This document shows, in pieces, positions 52,250-64,000 of a stretch of 64,000 nucleotides of DNA (position 1 is its first letter; each line of letters opens with the position of its first letter). Location: contig JAGIQG010000010.1 in the NCBI GenBank assembly GCA_024679065.1, positions 62,930,001 through 62,994,000 of the forward strand. The letters are read 5' to 3'. The notes beneath the pieces are model-generated. The model worked only from the letters and a program-made list of their open reading frames with translations. It searched no databases and was not told where the DNA came from. Both the position numbers and the translations under genes were made by a program. This DNA comes from Sphyrna mokarran (Eukaryota).

Positions 52250-52480
52250 AAACTGTGGTTGGATTTGAACCTAGGTCCCCAAAATATTACTCTGGATTAC
52301 TACTCCAGTGACAATACAACTATGCCATTGCCTGTGGATTTTGAGCACAAATTTCAACAACAATTGTAGTTGGATTTGAACCTGTTTATGGACAATGGTT
52401 TAGTGATATTGTCATGGACTAGTAATCCAGATACCACGAGTAATGTTCTGGGGAGCCACGTTCAAACCCAACACAGTTGG
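52250..52480. mobile_element. Two SINE head fragments in opposite orientation (13775 family)
   Basis: Minus: GGATTTGAACCTAGGTCCCC...CCAGTGACAATAC; plus: GTCATGGACTAGTAATCCAG...GTTCAAACCC. Confidence 0.6.
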
Positions 52481-52779
52481 TATTAAAAGTTTAAGCTAAG
52501 TTTTATTCTATTGGTAGCCATTTTTACTTAATTATTCACCATTTCAAAGACTGACTTTGTGCTTACATTCTGAAGGTCACATATATGCTGTGTTGCTAGT
52601 GGAACTCTGAACTGATTTCTTTCAAACTCTGTCTCGGAATATAGTGAGAACTAATTACCTGCACAGTTATGACATAAATTTATAAGTATTGTACTGGATG
52701 AAACTCAGAATCCAACATCAATTCTTCGTCGGTGTTTATCTTTCATAAAATAAGACAGTAAAAGCAATAGTTTTCCAGG

Positions 52780-53360
52780 TATTCAATCATTCTCTCGGTG
52801 TCACAGGAGAGGCAGTTTGGGAATGAGTCTGCCCACAGTTCACAGCTGACAGCACTGAGATGGAATCATAAAAGTCAATTAATCATTAAAAGCTGTTACA
52901 AGCGCACATCGAACAGCTCTGGCATGAAATGTTAATCAGTCCAGTATCAATATAATAAATTCCTCCAAATTGGAGGGATCAATAACTCTGAAGCTGAGAA
53001 GATCAATTGCAGGGCATCAGGTCTCTCCTTTGGGCCCTGGTGACATGGTTGCCACGCGAATAAAACACCTCCAGGCATGTTGCCAACAGAGGTCATCTTC
53101 CCAACAGGCTGTTCACTTCAGCAATTGTTACCACGGTGACAGCATGTCACAGTTGCCCTAGTGTCCTGCTGGGCTGGGTGGAAGCCAATGCATCACTGGC
53201 TTTGATGGATTTGTCAATAATACTTAGCAGGGGAGGAGAACTGTTCACATAACACTTGCAGGTCTGCTGTCCCAGAGTGGGTCAGGCTGATTTAATTGTT
53301 TGCGAGGAGGTGTGAGCCTGCATACATACAAGGATTAAATAATGTGCACAAAAAGCACAA
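52780..53360. promoter_or_regulatory. Putative conserved enhancer (RFX, Pbx-Hox, Meis motifs)
   Basis: Unique, GC-richer block with retained CpGs; GTTACCACGGTGAC, GTTGCCCTAGTGTC, TGACAGCATGTCA, TGATGGAT-TTGTCA. Confidence 0.55.
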
Positions 53361-54011
53361 GGTTTTCATCTGAAATTGCTATAGGTTAAAGCCCCAGTGA
53401 AAAAAGAACAATAAGCAACGCACACCAGTTAACTCTCCCATTCAACAACAAAATATGGAACTATTATAAGCACGCTTATGCCAATATAGTATATCAGGGT
53501 TTTAAAGGGTAAAAATTAATAAGTTACTCATATCAGTTTTACATTTAAATGGATGTCAGTAGATCATTAATTCTCCAATGGTTGTGGTTCTATGAATTTA
53601 TTAGAGCCAAAGGATTCCAGAAGCAAATTTGTCTTACATTGCAAGTTGAAAGTAGAAATAGCTTTAGAAAAAGGTGAAATTATACAGAACGACTAGAAGA
53701 AAATGCTATTAAAAATCTTAATTAACTGCCCCATCTTTATTTCCATGCTTTATTAAAGTTTGTAAATTCAGATTAGTTGAAATATGCAGCAGAGCAGAAT
53801 GTTGCTTTTTGACCTCTAGGTTCTGTAGATAAATTATCTTCCATTCTGAATCTGAGTGAGAAACCAATATAAGCATAAGACAAAACTTGTAACTGGAGCC
53901 AATATACAAGTGTGGTAGAGTGGCCCTCTAAGGCAAAGATCTGGTGAGGGACAGTCGAGGTATTCTGACATAAACTTACTCAGTACTACACCTAAACTGG
54001 GCAAACTTTTA

Positions 54012-54305
54012 AAGTAAAGTTTTTTTTTTAAAGTTTATTTATTAGTCACAAGTAAGGCTTACATTTACAATACAATGAAGTTACTATAAAATTCCCCTAG
54101 CTGCCACAATCTGACATCCGTTTGGGTCAATACAACTAAACAGCATGTCTTTCAGACTGTGGGAGGAACCAAAGCACCCAGAGGAAATCCACACAGACAT
54201 GGGAAGAATGTGTAAATGCCACACAGACACTGCCCTAAGCTGGGAATTGAACCAGGTCCCTGGTGGTGTCAGAAAGCAGAGCTAACCACTGTGCAATGTG
54301 CCATG
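54012..54305 (-). mobile_element. tRNA-derived SINE
   Basis: Same family as 31208-31508. Confidence 0.9.
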
Positions 54306-54849
54306 CCACCGCCACCACCCCCCCCCCAACTTCTTAGTAACACTTGATATTGCCACAAGGTAATGTCCTTTCTTTTGCCTTCTAATTCCCGCAAATTCAA
54401 TCACCTCACTTAGAAAAGGTACATACATTATAAGTGCTTCATGTCATGCAAATTTTGTGTGGCTCATATGTATAGAATGATCCCAACAGCAAAGATAGCT
54501 TAACTGACAGAAAGATGTTAAAAAATTAGATGATGCGAGGGGCCATTTTCCGCTTTCCTGATGCTAGCCGAGAAGCCTCATCTACCAACCACACATAACA
54601 GAAATTTAAAATGTACTCTCAGCACAATTTTCTTCCCATGTATTTAAATGATTGGAAAATGATCCACAACGCACAATTAAATTTCTGAAATGTGGTCTTG
54701 TAGAGTGAGGTTCCCTGTCAGAAGATAGAAATAAGAACATTACCCCAATAAATAATATCTAAATAAAGTGAGACAATGGCAACCAGATCAGCTTATTTGT
54801 GCTACAACTGCCTGAAAAGGCTTGCATGATTCTTCATTCAGTGTCCTTG

Positions 54850-55780
54850 TCATGTTAGTGATGGGTAAAAGAATAATGAAGAATCACGGATAAAGGGGCT
54901 GGGCTGGAAAAGGCAACAGTTCAGCGAGATTAGAAAGAATCTGTTCTGAATTAAAAGGGCATAAAAATTAACAGACAATAGATCAGCAGTGAACAATCTT
55001 CAAAAATGAGGTGGATAAAGTAAACAAAAAAATCAATCTTTAGAAGGCAAAAAAAAGGGTGCAGCAGAGAACAGACTTTGCTTAATTAGTACTGATTAAA
55101 ATTAAACTGAAGCTTTATCATGAGAGCAGAAACTAGCTATGAAGATGCAGGTATGGTGCTGATATTAAGTAATTTTTTTGTGACTATAAATAGGAGCCAA
55201 AGTAAGAATATAGGTACAATAGAGTATGGAAAAATAATTAGAAATAATCATAATAAAGACTTGGTGCTGAAAAGTAAAATTAATGAGGTAAAATTGTTCT
55301 CAAGCAACAGCTCAGCCCAGGCAATAGCAAATTGGCAGACTGATTGACTCGATTTTTTTTACATTGACTTTGATAAAAGGGATATTTGAGTGGTGCGCAA
55401 AAGGTGCAACTAATACATTATCACTTGCTGCATATTACCACTCAAGATATCACCAATATACCATAAGTCTGTATGCCTTGATAGGATGCACCCTATGCTA
55501 TCAAAGAGGAAATTGTTAATCTCCTTTTCAATCCTCCTTAAATCTGCAAATTGAGCCTGTGGAACTGTAGACATGTTAGTCTAACATCAATTAAGGACAG
55601 ATTCCTATCTCAAGATTAATTTAATAAACATTTAGAGATGTATGGATTAATGCGGGGCAGGCAGTACAGCTTTATTACGGTCAAGTTATGTTTGACAAAA
55701 CTAAAAGAAGTGGTCAATTAGAGATTTAAAGGAAATGCTTTTGATGTGATGTATATGAAACTTCAGAAAACATTCAAGGA
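54850..55780 (+). mobile_element. Very old CR1-like remnant
   Basis: A-rich; faint RT-like words near 55560-55775 (YRHVSLTS, DVMYMKLQKTF). Confidence 0.4.
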
Positions 55781-57424
55781 TGGCAACATGCATTCATATG
55801 GTGCAACAAACAAGGTTCCAAGATTCACACTGAAATGTTATTCAAAGAAAATTGTCCATAAATTTCAGCAAGGCATTCCATATGATTTTTGTAATAAAAA
55901 TGCAACTAAGAGACAAAATGTCCCAACTTGTATCAAATGTTGGTTGACAATTGATAAACAATGTATTAAGAAGTGTGGTATGGATTGTAAAAAGATTGGA
56001 AGTGACTGTATGATGAGTCTACTTTTATTCTTCATATGTGTAGATTATTTAGATTGGCCTATACTGTAAATCTCTGTGGTTCTATTGCCCCTTTGATCTT
56101 CACATGCTTCCACAACATAGCTGTACCACATTTAATTAATTGGTAAACAATCACAGGGAAGATGGATTGGTGCACATGATTTGTAGAGTGAATTATATAG
56201 GTTACCAGAAGCTTCTATCCCATCTGTACAGTGGATACAAATTGTGGCCTTGTGTGGTAAATTAGTGATGAAGGCAGAACTTCAACTTATCCTGGGCAAG
56301 TTTTGAAATTTCTAATTGTATGGCAGATAAAATCTGTATCTAGTCCAGTGATTTAAAAAACATTCCACACATCTTAAATCAGAATTGTGGCATTATCTTG
56401 TGAATTCATAAAAGATATTTGTGAGAAAACTAATTAAAAATAAATCAGGTTTGCCTGTATGAATATAAAGATGCAATTGTTGGAAAAATCCCCAAAAAAT
56501 TGCACCTTATTTCTATGGATAATGAAATATTATTTTCTTCCATGAAAAAATTTGGAAAGACTGTTGAATAATTAAAGTACGTCCAGATATTAGCCTTGGT
56601 TCAGTCAGAAAGCATTGAGTTCAAGCTTCATCCCAGAGACCTGAACACATCAATGCAATAGAAAGATGTCACTTTAGCAGAGATGTTGTGTGGTATCATC
56701 TGCGCTGGAGTAAAATTGGGTGGCAGGAGTGGAAATGAGAGTGACTTCCATTCAGGGGCAGGATAGCTGACTACACACAATCTTGCTCTGGTCAGCTCAT
56801 TACATGTGTATACTTGAAGTGTTTGGCAAATCTTGTAGCGGGGTGGACAGGAGGTCGCCATCCCAACCCTTACCTCGGAGAGGTCCATGTCAAATGTCCT
56901 GGTAACATATTTAAAGAACACCTGAACAGCCATTCACTCGACACAAGCCAGGAGCTCTTGATTATTCATCCAGATAACGTGTGGCCTCACTGGTATATCA
57001 ATATTGGAGTGTCAAGTCTACTGGCACTTTGAATTCTGGCTATATACCTAAAGTGGAGTGGAATTGAATTTGTGAAAAAAAAGGAATCTGGTGAAGAGAT
57101 ACCTACCTTTGAGAAGTTAATTTAGACTATCTATCTTCATTGCTAAATAGCCTTCTCACTTGTTCTTACCTCCACCAACTACACTTTCACAGAAACTCCA
57201 GGAATTTGGTTTCTTGACTATCATCCTGAATCTGATCCACCTTCTGCCATTTTCCTGTCGTTGTGCCTTTGCTCTGTTCTCTTAACAACTGATTGCCTCT
57301 GGCCCTTAAGCTGCAACTGTCTTTTAACATTAGTAGTTATGTGACATCTCACTCCCTCCCAGTAAGGGAGGGCCGTTCAACAGCACGGTTCCCAAATTGA
57401 AGCTACCCTGCATGCTTACTTATT

Positions 57425-57783
57425 GTGATCTGGAGATGTTGCCATTGGACTGGGGTACACACAGTAAGAAGTCTCACAACACCAAGTTTATTTGGAATCA
57501 TGAGCTCCTTCATCAGGTGAGTGGAAAGGTAGGTTTCACAAACACGGCATAGAAAGACAGCAACACAATTGCAAGTTAATGGTTGGAATGTGAGCCTTTA
57601 CAGATAATCAAGTCTTTACATGTAATAGACAGTGTGAGTGGAGAGAAGGATAATTATAGTTTAAAGAGATATGAATTGTCTCAAGCCAGGACAGTTAGTA
57701 GGATTTTGCACATGGTGGGGGTTACATATAGTGTGACATGAATCCAAGATCCTGTTTGAGACCATCCTCATGTGTACGGAACT
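57425..57783 (-). mobile_element. Penelope-like 3' end (GIY-YIG C-terminus plus terminal repeat)
   Basis: Minus strand encodes FRTHEDGLKQDLGFMSHYM*; homologous to ~61010-61360; hammerhead stem II/GAAA deleted at ~57500. Confidence 0.85.
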
Positions 57784-57789
57784 AACCAG

Positions 57790-58275
57790 ACTCTTCAACG
57801 CTGCCCCGCCAATCCCTACACCACTGATCACTGGGCTCCCAGATGGATCCAAGCCAATCCTGACATCCCACTGTGCACCTCAGTCTTGCTCCAAAGTTCA
57901 CCCCCCCCTCCCCCCCCACACACACACCCCCGTGCAGCTTCCATTAATGCAGAGTTATTGTAAACCCTGCTGAAGTGAAACACTCCCTATGGGATGGGGG
58001 GTGGTGGGGGGGTGGGGGCACGGGGTGGGGGAGGCAAGTGGGCCTCAACACTTCAGTCCCGGACTTGCTAATGACATTGAAATTTGAATATAAATATTTC
58101 AAGCAGCTCCGCACTGATTTCTGGCGTTGAGCTGACAACAGCAGAATTCCGGTGGCCAAAGTTGTGCAGAGGCCATGGCGTCCAGCAGGAGGCCCACTAC
58201 ATGGCTTCCACTTAAATCTCTCGGAGACATAAGCAGTTAGAGCAGCACTGTGGGCTGGGAGAATCGCTCCCCCCC
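57790..58275. mobile_element. GC-rich MITE-like remnant with G/C runs
   Basis: Ends GGAGAATCGCTCCCC; internal C-run and G-run in inverted arrangement. Confidence 0.35.
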
Positions 58276-58559
58276 CCAATCTTGCATTGGATCCTGCCAT
58301 AAAGGTTTGCCGCTTTCCTAGTGCTGTCTCAGTCTCGGTGCTCACCATTGGCTACATACTGCACTTATGGACACTGCCACTCTCCAATTCTTGACTGATC
58401 ATTTTCCCCGTCAAGCTCCTTACTCCACAGTGTCTGTAGGTAGCAGCATCACAGTACAACACAGTCTTATGTCTTGACACTCATTCACAATGTCAGTTTG
58501 TTATTTGTGAAAGAAATGGTTGTGGCATTCTATTCCTAGTAATTAGGTCATGAGATAAA

Positions 58560-61500
58560 GTCTCTTCTCCCTCCAGTGTTTCTATTAGTGTGGCCATTTC
58601 AGCAATCTTTCTCTGGCAGGCATGTAATCTCAGTTTCCTTTTCTGACTGAATTGTTGCTTTGTCTAGTTCTCCCTGACACAACACCTTCAACTGAGTGAC
58701 TCCATTTTCCAATTTTTTCCTTTAGTCTTCTGCATCAACCAATCTTCTGCATCAACCAGTCTTCTGCTTGAACCTGAGTAGTTCTTTATTCCATGCATCC
58801 ACTTCCTAGTCCACCTGTATTTTGCACTCTACGTTCACCAGTTCCAGTTTGATCTAAGCCATTTCCAGTTCCAGCTTCTGCAGCAACTTTTCTCCTTTAT
58901 CTTGATATTCATTTGAAGTGCCCTGAGATCAACTGACAATTTTAAGTGGCCCCTCTTGTTAAGAGAGTCCTCTGCAGCAAATGCAGTCTTTTGGCCTGTT
59001 TCTGAATTTGTTCTAATTTAGCTTTATTTTGTTGCTTTTCCAAACTGTCACTCAATTGGGAGCTGATTTGTTTGCGTCTAATGATTCTGTTCTTCTTGGT
59101 TTCTGATTTTTATTTTCAGTATGTGCAAGTTTAACTCTTAGTCCATTGCTTTGCTTTTGCAATCCATTCAGCTTCTCCATTTCTGAGCTTCTTCCAATGT
59201 GAATCATTTTCTTCCAACAACATTTAATAACAATAACAGACACATTCCTTTTGTTATAAATTCTACTTCTACGTTCAGCATTTCTTCCTTCTACTTATTA
59301 AATTTATTAGATAATTCTTCTGAATTGTTAACTTGTTCCAATAGTTGTGTTCTTTGAGTTGTTTCATTGTTATGTCCTCAAATATCAGACAGTTTTTACC
59401 TCTTTGCAGAATTTTAATTTCTCAAGCTCATTTGTGTATTCCAGGTGACTGACTATTCAATCATTCAATTGGATCTCTAAAGAATTTCTAATAGTGGCTA
59501 TGATCTAATTTCTGCTTCAACAGTTTAGCGATCCCTGCAGTAGATGATACAGGATGTCTCACGAGTGCACTGGATCAAATGTTTGATGCGTTTCATTCTG
59601 GGACTAGCAGTTCTCTTACACATCACAAAACTGAAAGCATTCATTGCATTGGAGTTCCTTGGCTTTTCTCCAGTTCCGTGCTATGACTTTGGTTGCTGAG
59701 TTCCGTTTGTGCTTATTCTCTCAACCCTTTTTACCTTTTAGTCACATCTTCATGCTTTAATTTCAGTTCTTTCATCACTTGCTGGTGAATATTATACTGT
59801 TTCTTACTAGTCCTAATAGATTTATAGTTACTTCCACCTTTCTCATTGTGTTTGCATTTTCCCTTGGCCTTGAAGTAAGTGGGCTGCTTCTCATTTAGAT
59901 TAGAGTCACAAGCTTTTACTTCATTTTCTATTTGCTGTGAAGTTTATCCAACTCATTTTTCTTCACTCTTACCTACTCTGCTGTGGCTTGTCTTACTTTC
60001 TGACTAATTACAGCTTTATTGCTTGCTTGTAATTTATTACTAAAATGTTAAAGACATTTCTCACTACAGTGCAAAAGGATGGGACACGACTAAGTCTTTC
60101 TTGCTTTCAGCTCTTCAATTAGTCATTTAGATACTTCTGTTGCCTTCTTTCTGCGTCTTTTGTTATTGTCCTTTTTTTGGGGTTTTCCATTGCCCTCTTT
60201 TTAGGATCTTCCAATGCTCCACCCTCTTCAGGGTTCCTCAGCATCAACTTCTGTGGAGTCTTTCACTGCCTATATGTGGATCTGTGAGTCTGACACTGCC
60301 TTGTCCTTAAAGGCCTTATTATTACTTCTGAGCTCCAGCATTGCATCTTCCCTGAGGTCTTAATTTCCTCCACTGAGGTCTTGCATTACTTACAGACCCC
60401 CTTTTGAGAGTTGCTCTCTACCTAGGCTCTTCTCTCATCTTCCTGTCCCTTGTCCTTTGTTCCTTCTTGCAGTTGTTACCTTAAACATTATACAACTTTA
60501 AACTTTAGCCTTCAACATATCATCAATGAAGACAAAATCTCGCTAAGGCCATCCCCAAACCCTCACTATTTACCTTCAAACAATCGCACTACCTCAAACA
60601 AACTATTGTACGCAGCAAACTACCTAATCTTCAGGAGAACAGTGATCACAACTCCACACAATCCAGCCATAGCAAGCTCTGTAAGACGTGCCAGATCATC
60701 AACACTGATGACTTTATCTACATAAGAACACCATCCACCAGGTACACAGTACATACTCTTGTGAATCGGCCAACATTGTCTACCTGACATGCTGCAGGAA
60801 AGAATATATCAGGGAGAACATGCAAATGCTATGGCAATGTATAAACGGACACTGCTTAACAATCACCAGGCAGGAGTGTTTCCTTCCTGTTGGGGAGCAC
60901 TTCAGTAGTCATTTCATTCAGCCTCTGGTTTTCGGATAACCGTTCTCCAAGGCAGCCTTCTCAACATATGATAATGCAGAATTGCTGAGCAGAAACTGAT
61001 AGCCAAGTTCTGCACACATGAGGATGGTCTCAACTGGAATCTTAGGTTCATGTCACACTATCTGTAACCCTCATGACTTGCCTGGGTTTGCAAAATCTCA
61101 CTAAATGTTCTGGCTGGAAACAATACACATCTCTTTAACCCGTGCTTAATCCTCTCTCCACTCACATTATCTAAACCTGTAAAGTCTAGATTACCTGTTA
61201 AGACTCAAATTCCAACCATTCTCTTGTAATTGAGTTTGTGTCTATATATGCCTTGTTTGTGAAACAAATCCTACACTCACCTGTTGAAGGAGCTGTGCTC
61301 AAGCTCATGCTACCAAATAAACCTGTTGAACTTTAACTGGTGTTGTGAGGCTATTTACTAAACTTTAAATGCATTATTCCTTTAAGACCATCAACTTTCC
61401 TTTTTTTAAAAAACTACCACAGCTGCTTTTCTTTCTTTTTCTTTCTGTGCTTTTCTTGTGCTTCTTGAATTTTGCCAGGAATCTGCAGCCCCTCCTTTTG

Positions 61501-62330
61501 GACCCATTTTAAACTATCTCATTTCTCATTTTAGTTGGTGGAAGACTTCTTCAATGATTTCCACAGCTTTTTATGTTTCATGACTGCCTATGTAGTTTTT
61601 TTGATCTACCATTCTGTTTGATAATATGCTTACTGTTGGTGCTGTCCATTTCGGGACCATAATTTTCTTAAACTTTTAAATTTATACTTTAAGCAGGTAA
61701 AGGACTTCTCTTGTTCTAAAACTTCAAGTCTTCAATGGTTTCAGTGCCTCAATGCAGAGATGGTTCAGTTCAAATCGAGAGATCTGCAATCTCAGCTTTT
61801 CAATTTCCTGTGCTAATGGGACAGGCTTTACAGTTCCCTGAGACATTTTCCCTTTTTAATGCTGAACTTATAGCCAGAATCTGCTTTTTTTCCAGATTTC
61901 TCCTTTTTTAACTTTGAAACATGGCCTTTTTTCCACTGGAAATATTTCTCCTTTATTTCAAAAACTGCTGTCTTTTTTTATCTTTTCCTAAAGTTTTATT
62001 TCTCTTGCTCCTGTAGACTAATCCCTCTTTTTAATTTTCTATATCTTGCCTCTTGCGTCACTGGATACACTGGGTTTGTTATTTTGTCTGCCCCTCAGGG
62101 TCTGGACAACTCTCTCTGAATCTATTCACCCAAAAACAGGCACTTGGTTGAGTATCCCTCTTTTCCAAACTTCAATTAAATCAAATACTTACAGATAGGT
62201 TGTGCCATCACAATTTATTTGCCTCATCTCCAATACATTAGATAGTGCCACTTCAAGTATTGTCAATGGGCTTCAGACTTTGTTAGGAGCCCAAAGTATT
62301 TATTGATAAAGAGAAATTTGGTACAGATAT
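58560..62330 (-). mobile_element. Possible heavily decayed retroelement gag/ORF1-like region
   Basis: Sustained pyrimidine skew on +; minus-strand E/K/L-rich fragments such as LLQKLELEM; no intact ORF. Confidence 0.3.
60503..61360 (+). mobile_element. 5'-truncated Penelope-like element with GIY-YIG remnant and 9-bp TSD
   Basis: LQHIINEDK, LKQTIVRSKLP, LCKTCQII, SCESANIVYL, LPVGEHFS, AEQKLIAKFCTHEDGLN..FMSHYL*; AACTTTAAA at 60494-60502 and 61361-61369; degenerate hammerhead at 61278-61309. Confidence 0.9.
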
Positions 62331-62721
62331 TGCAGCCCTAGGATGTCTTGGAGCAGCATTCCGGATCTTATATGCTTGCTACATGGTTTCAAGATGTATT
62401 CTGCCCGAGAGAGGACTACATCCTCTGGGCTGATCACTCACTCTCGGTTCCATTAGTCCCTCAAGTCAGTTGACCCTGTTTTCCAAGCTGTCTTAAAGAG
62501 ATAGAAAGCACGATCATGACAGGGTGAAATCAAATGACTTTACTGAGGTAGAAATAGGTGGCTTAGTACTGGCACAAATATGAGGCCAGAAGCACATCTT
62601 AGGATCAAATATAACAACAAAGTTGCAAACAAAATGGTTTATTCTCAGACTGTTCCTAGGGAGTCAATAGCTAGGAACTGGAATTTAAAGTGGAGACCAA
62701 TAATCTTCAGTCTATTTCTCT

Positions 62722-63040
62722 TTTATTCATCATTCATGGAATGTGGCTGTCATTGGGTAGGCCAGTATTTATTGCCCATCCCTATCTGCCCTTCAATTGC
62801 ATGGCTGGCTCAGCCATTTTAGAAGGCAGGTATGAGTCAACTATATTGCTGCGCATTTGGACTCCCATATAGGCTAGGTCACTTCAGTGAATCAGACAAC
62901 AATCAACATTGATTTCATGGTCATCATTCGACTTTCAATTCCACCATCTGCAATGGTGGGATTCCAACCCGGGTCCCTACAGCATTCCCTGGGTCTCTGA
63001 ATTACTAGTCCAGTGACAATACTGTGATGCCACTGCTTCC
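62722..63040 (-). mobile_element. SINE of the 13775 family
   Basis: GCCAGTATTTATTGCCCATCCCT tail and CTCTGAATTACTAGTCCAGTGACAATAC head in reverse. Confidence 0.8.
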
Positions 63041-64000
63041 CTGAGTATTTAGTACACCAAGAATTGCCCACCAAATCATGAGCTCTATTTTCCTATGGAG
63101 AAATGCTTCATCTCAAGATTCTCCATGATTTTACAAATTTGCAATGTAAAGAACTACAAGACAGTGAGGGAGAAGAAGCCAGTCTGTGTGCAGAGCTACA
63201 CAACAAGTTTTCATTATCTCTCTATACTACAAAATGTTAATTCAATCCTGCAAGTCATATAGAGTTGGAATTAACATACCTTTAAATCCAGAATCCAGAC
63301 TTCATGTTTTATTTCCTCTAAGGGAAGGGTTAATGCACAATTGCAGTTAGCTCCACCCCCCCTCTCGACTCTGGAAGGAGGGTATCAATGAAACCCTGTG
63401 CCTGCACGATAAATCACACACAAGTGTGCAATTTGGCAGTTTTCTGTAATGCTACTTACTTTCTACTGATGGAAAAAATCCGTCAGGACAATTAAAATCT
63501 CAAGCAAAACTGTCTCTTGGAAATGGTGACAGTTCAATGAAGGAAGGTCCTTAAATATAAAAAAGAAAATGCAGCAATCATTCAATGGGTCAGCCAGTCT
63601 CAATGGGTCAACCACTCTTTGAAGTGTTAGCCCAGGTTGGAAGAGGAAACAGAACTCAGTATGTCCTAATAGGACTCCGTGAGTAATTTTCACCATGAAT
63701 TTGTAAAACAAAAGCTGCCTCCTTTCTAAGTCAAATGAATTTTAACCCATTTGGGGGCTGAATGGTTTACAATACACCAGGATATTTTGCTTTATTTTTA
63801 TTGACAACAAGATCTGTTTCATTGTTGTATTCCTTCCATCTATTGAGTGATGGGAAATATCTGAAGGATTAAGAGATGTGGAAACATTTTAGAACTGTGG
63901 AAGTAACTGTTTTTTTTCCAAAGAATGTGAATCAATACCTCAACTTTTATCTAAAGTAGTGTGAAAGTAAAAACCGTGCACTTTTTTTTGCAAAAATTTA

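Noticed and set aside
57425-61360. One large Penelope element with inverted termini spanning 4 kb
   Set aside because: The plus copy has its own 9-bp TSD and the intervening DNA is unrelated, so these are separate insertions
1-64000. CRISPR arrays, rRNA or prokaryotic operons
   Set aside because: No regularly spaced repeats or gene-dense segments; the sequence is vertebrate non-coding DNA throughout

Overview
Eukaryotic, almost entirely non-coding DNA from a cartilaginous fish. A shark is inferred from the repeat complement: tRNA-derived HE1/V-type SINEs, Deu-domain SacSINE1-like SINEs, CR1, L2, Rex1/Babar, Vingi and several Penelope-like elements. I found no intact protein-coding gene; the recognisable ORFs in the track are decayed retroelement fragments. 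The window has two compartments. Positions ~1-22.3 kb are CpG-rich and relatively repeat-poor, with several enhancer-like unique blocks, as expected near a developmental regulator that I cannot name. Positions ~22.3-64 kb are CpG-depleted and repeat-dense, with one isolated enhancer-like block at ~52.8-53.35 kb. The most striking structure is a young, TSD-flanked 231-bp near-perfect palindrome at 41.87-42.10 kb. It is built from Penelope terminal repeats, and each arm carries a minimal hammerhead-ribozyme-like core on the opposite strand. Family names come from recalled motifs, not database searches, and most element boundaries are approximate.
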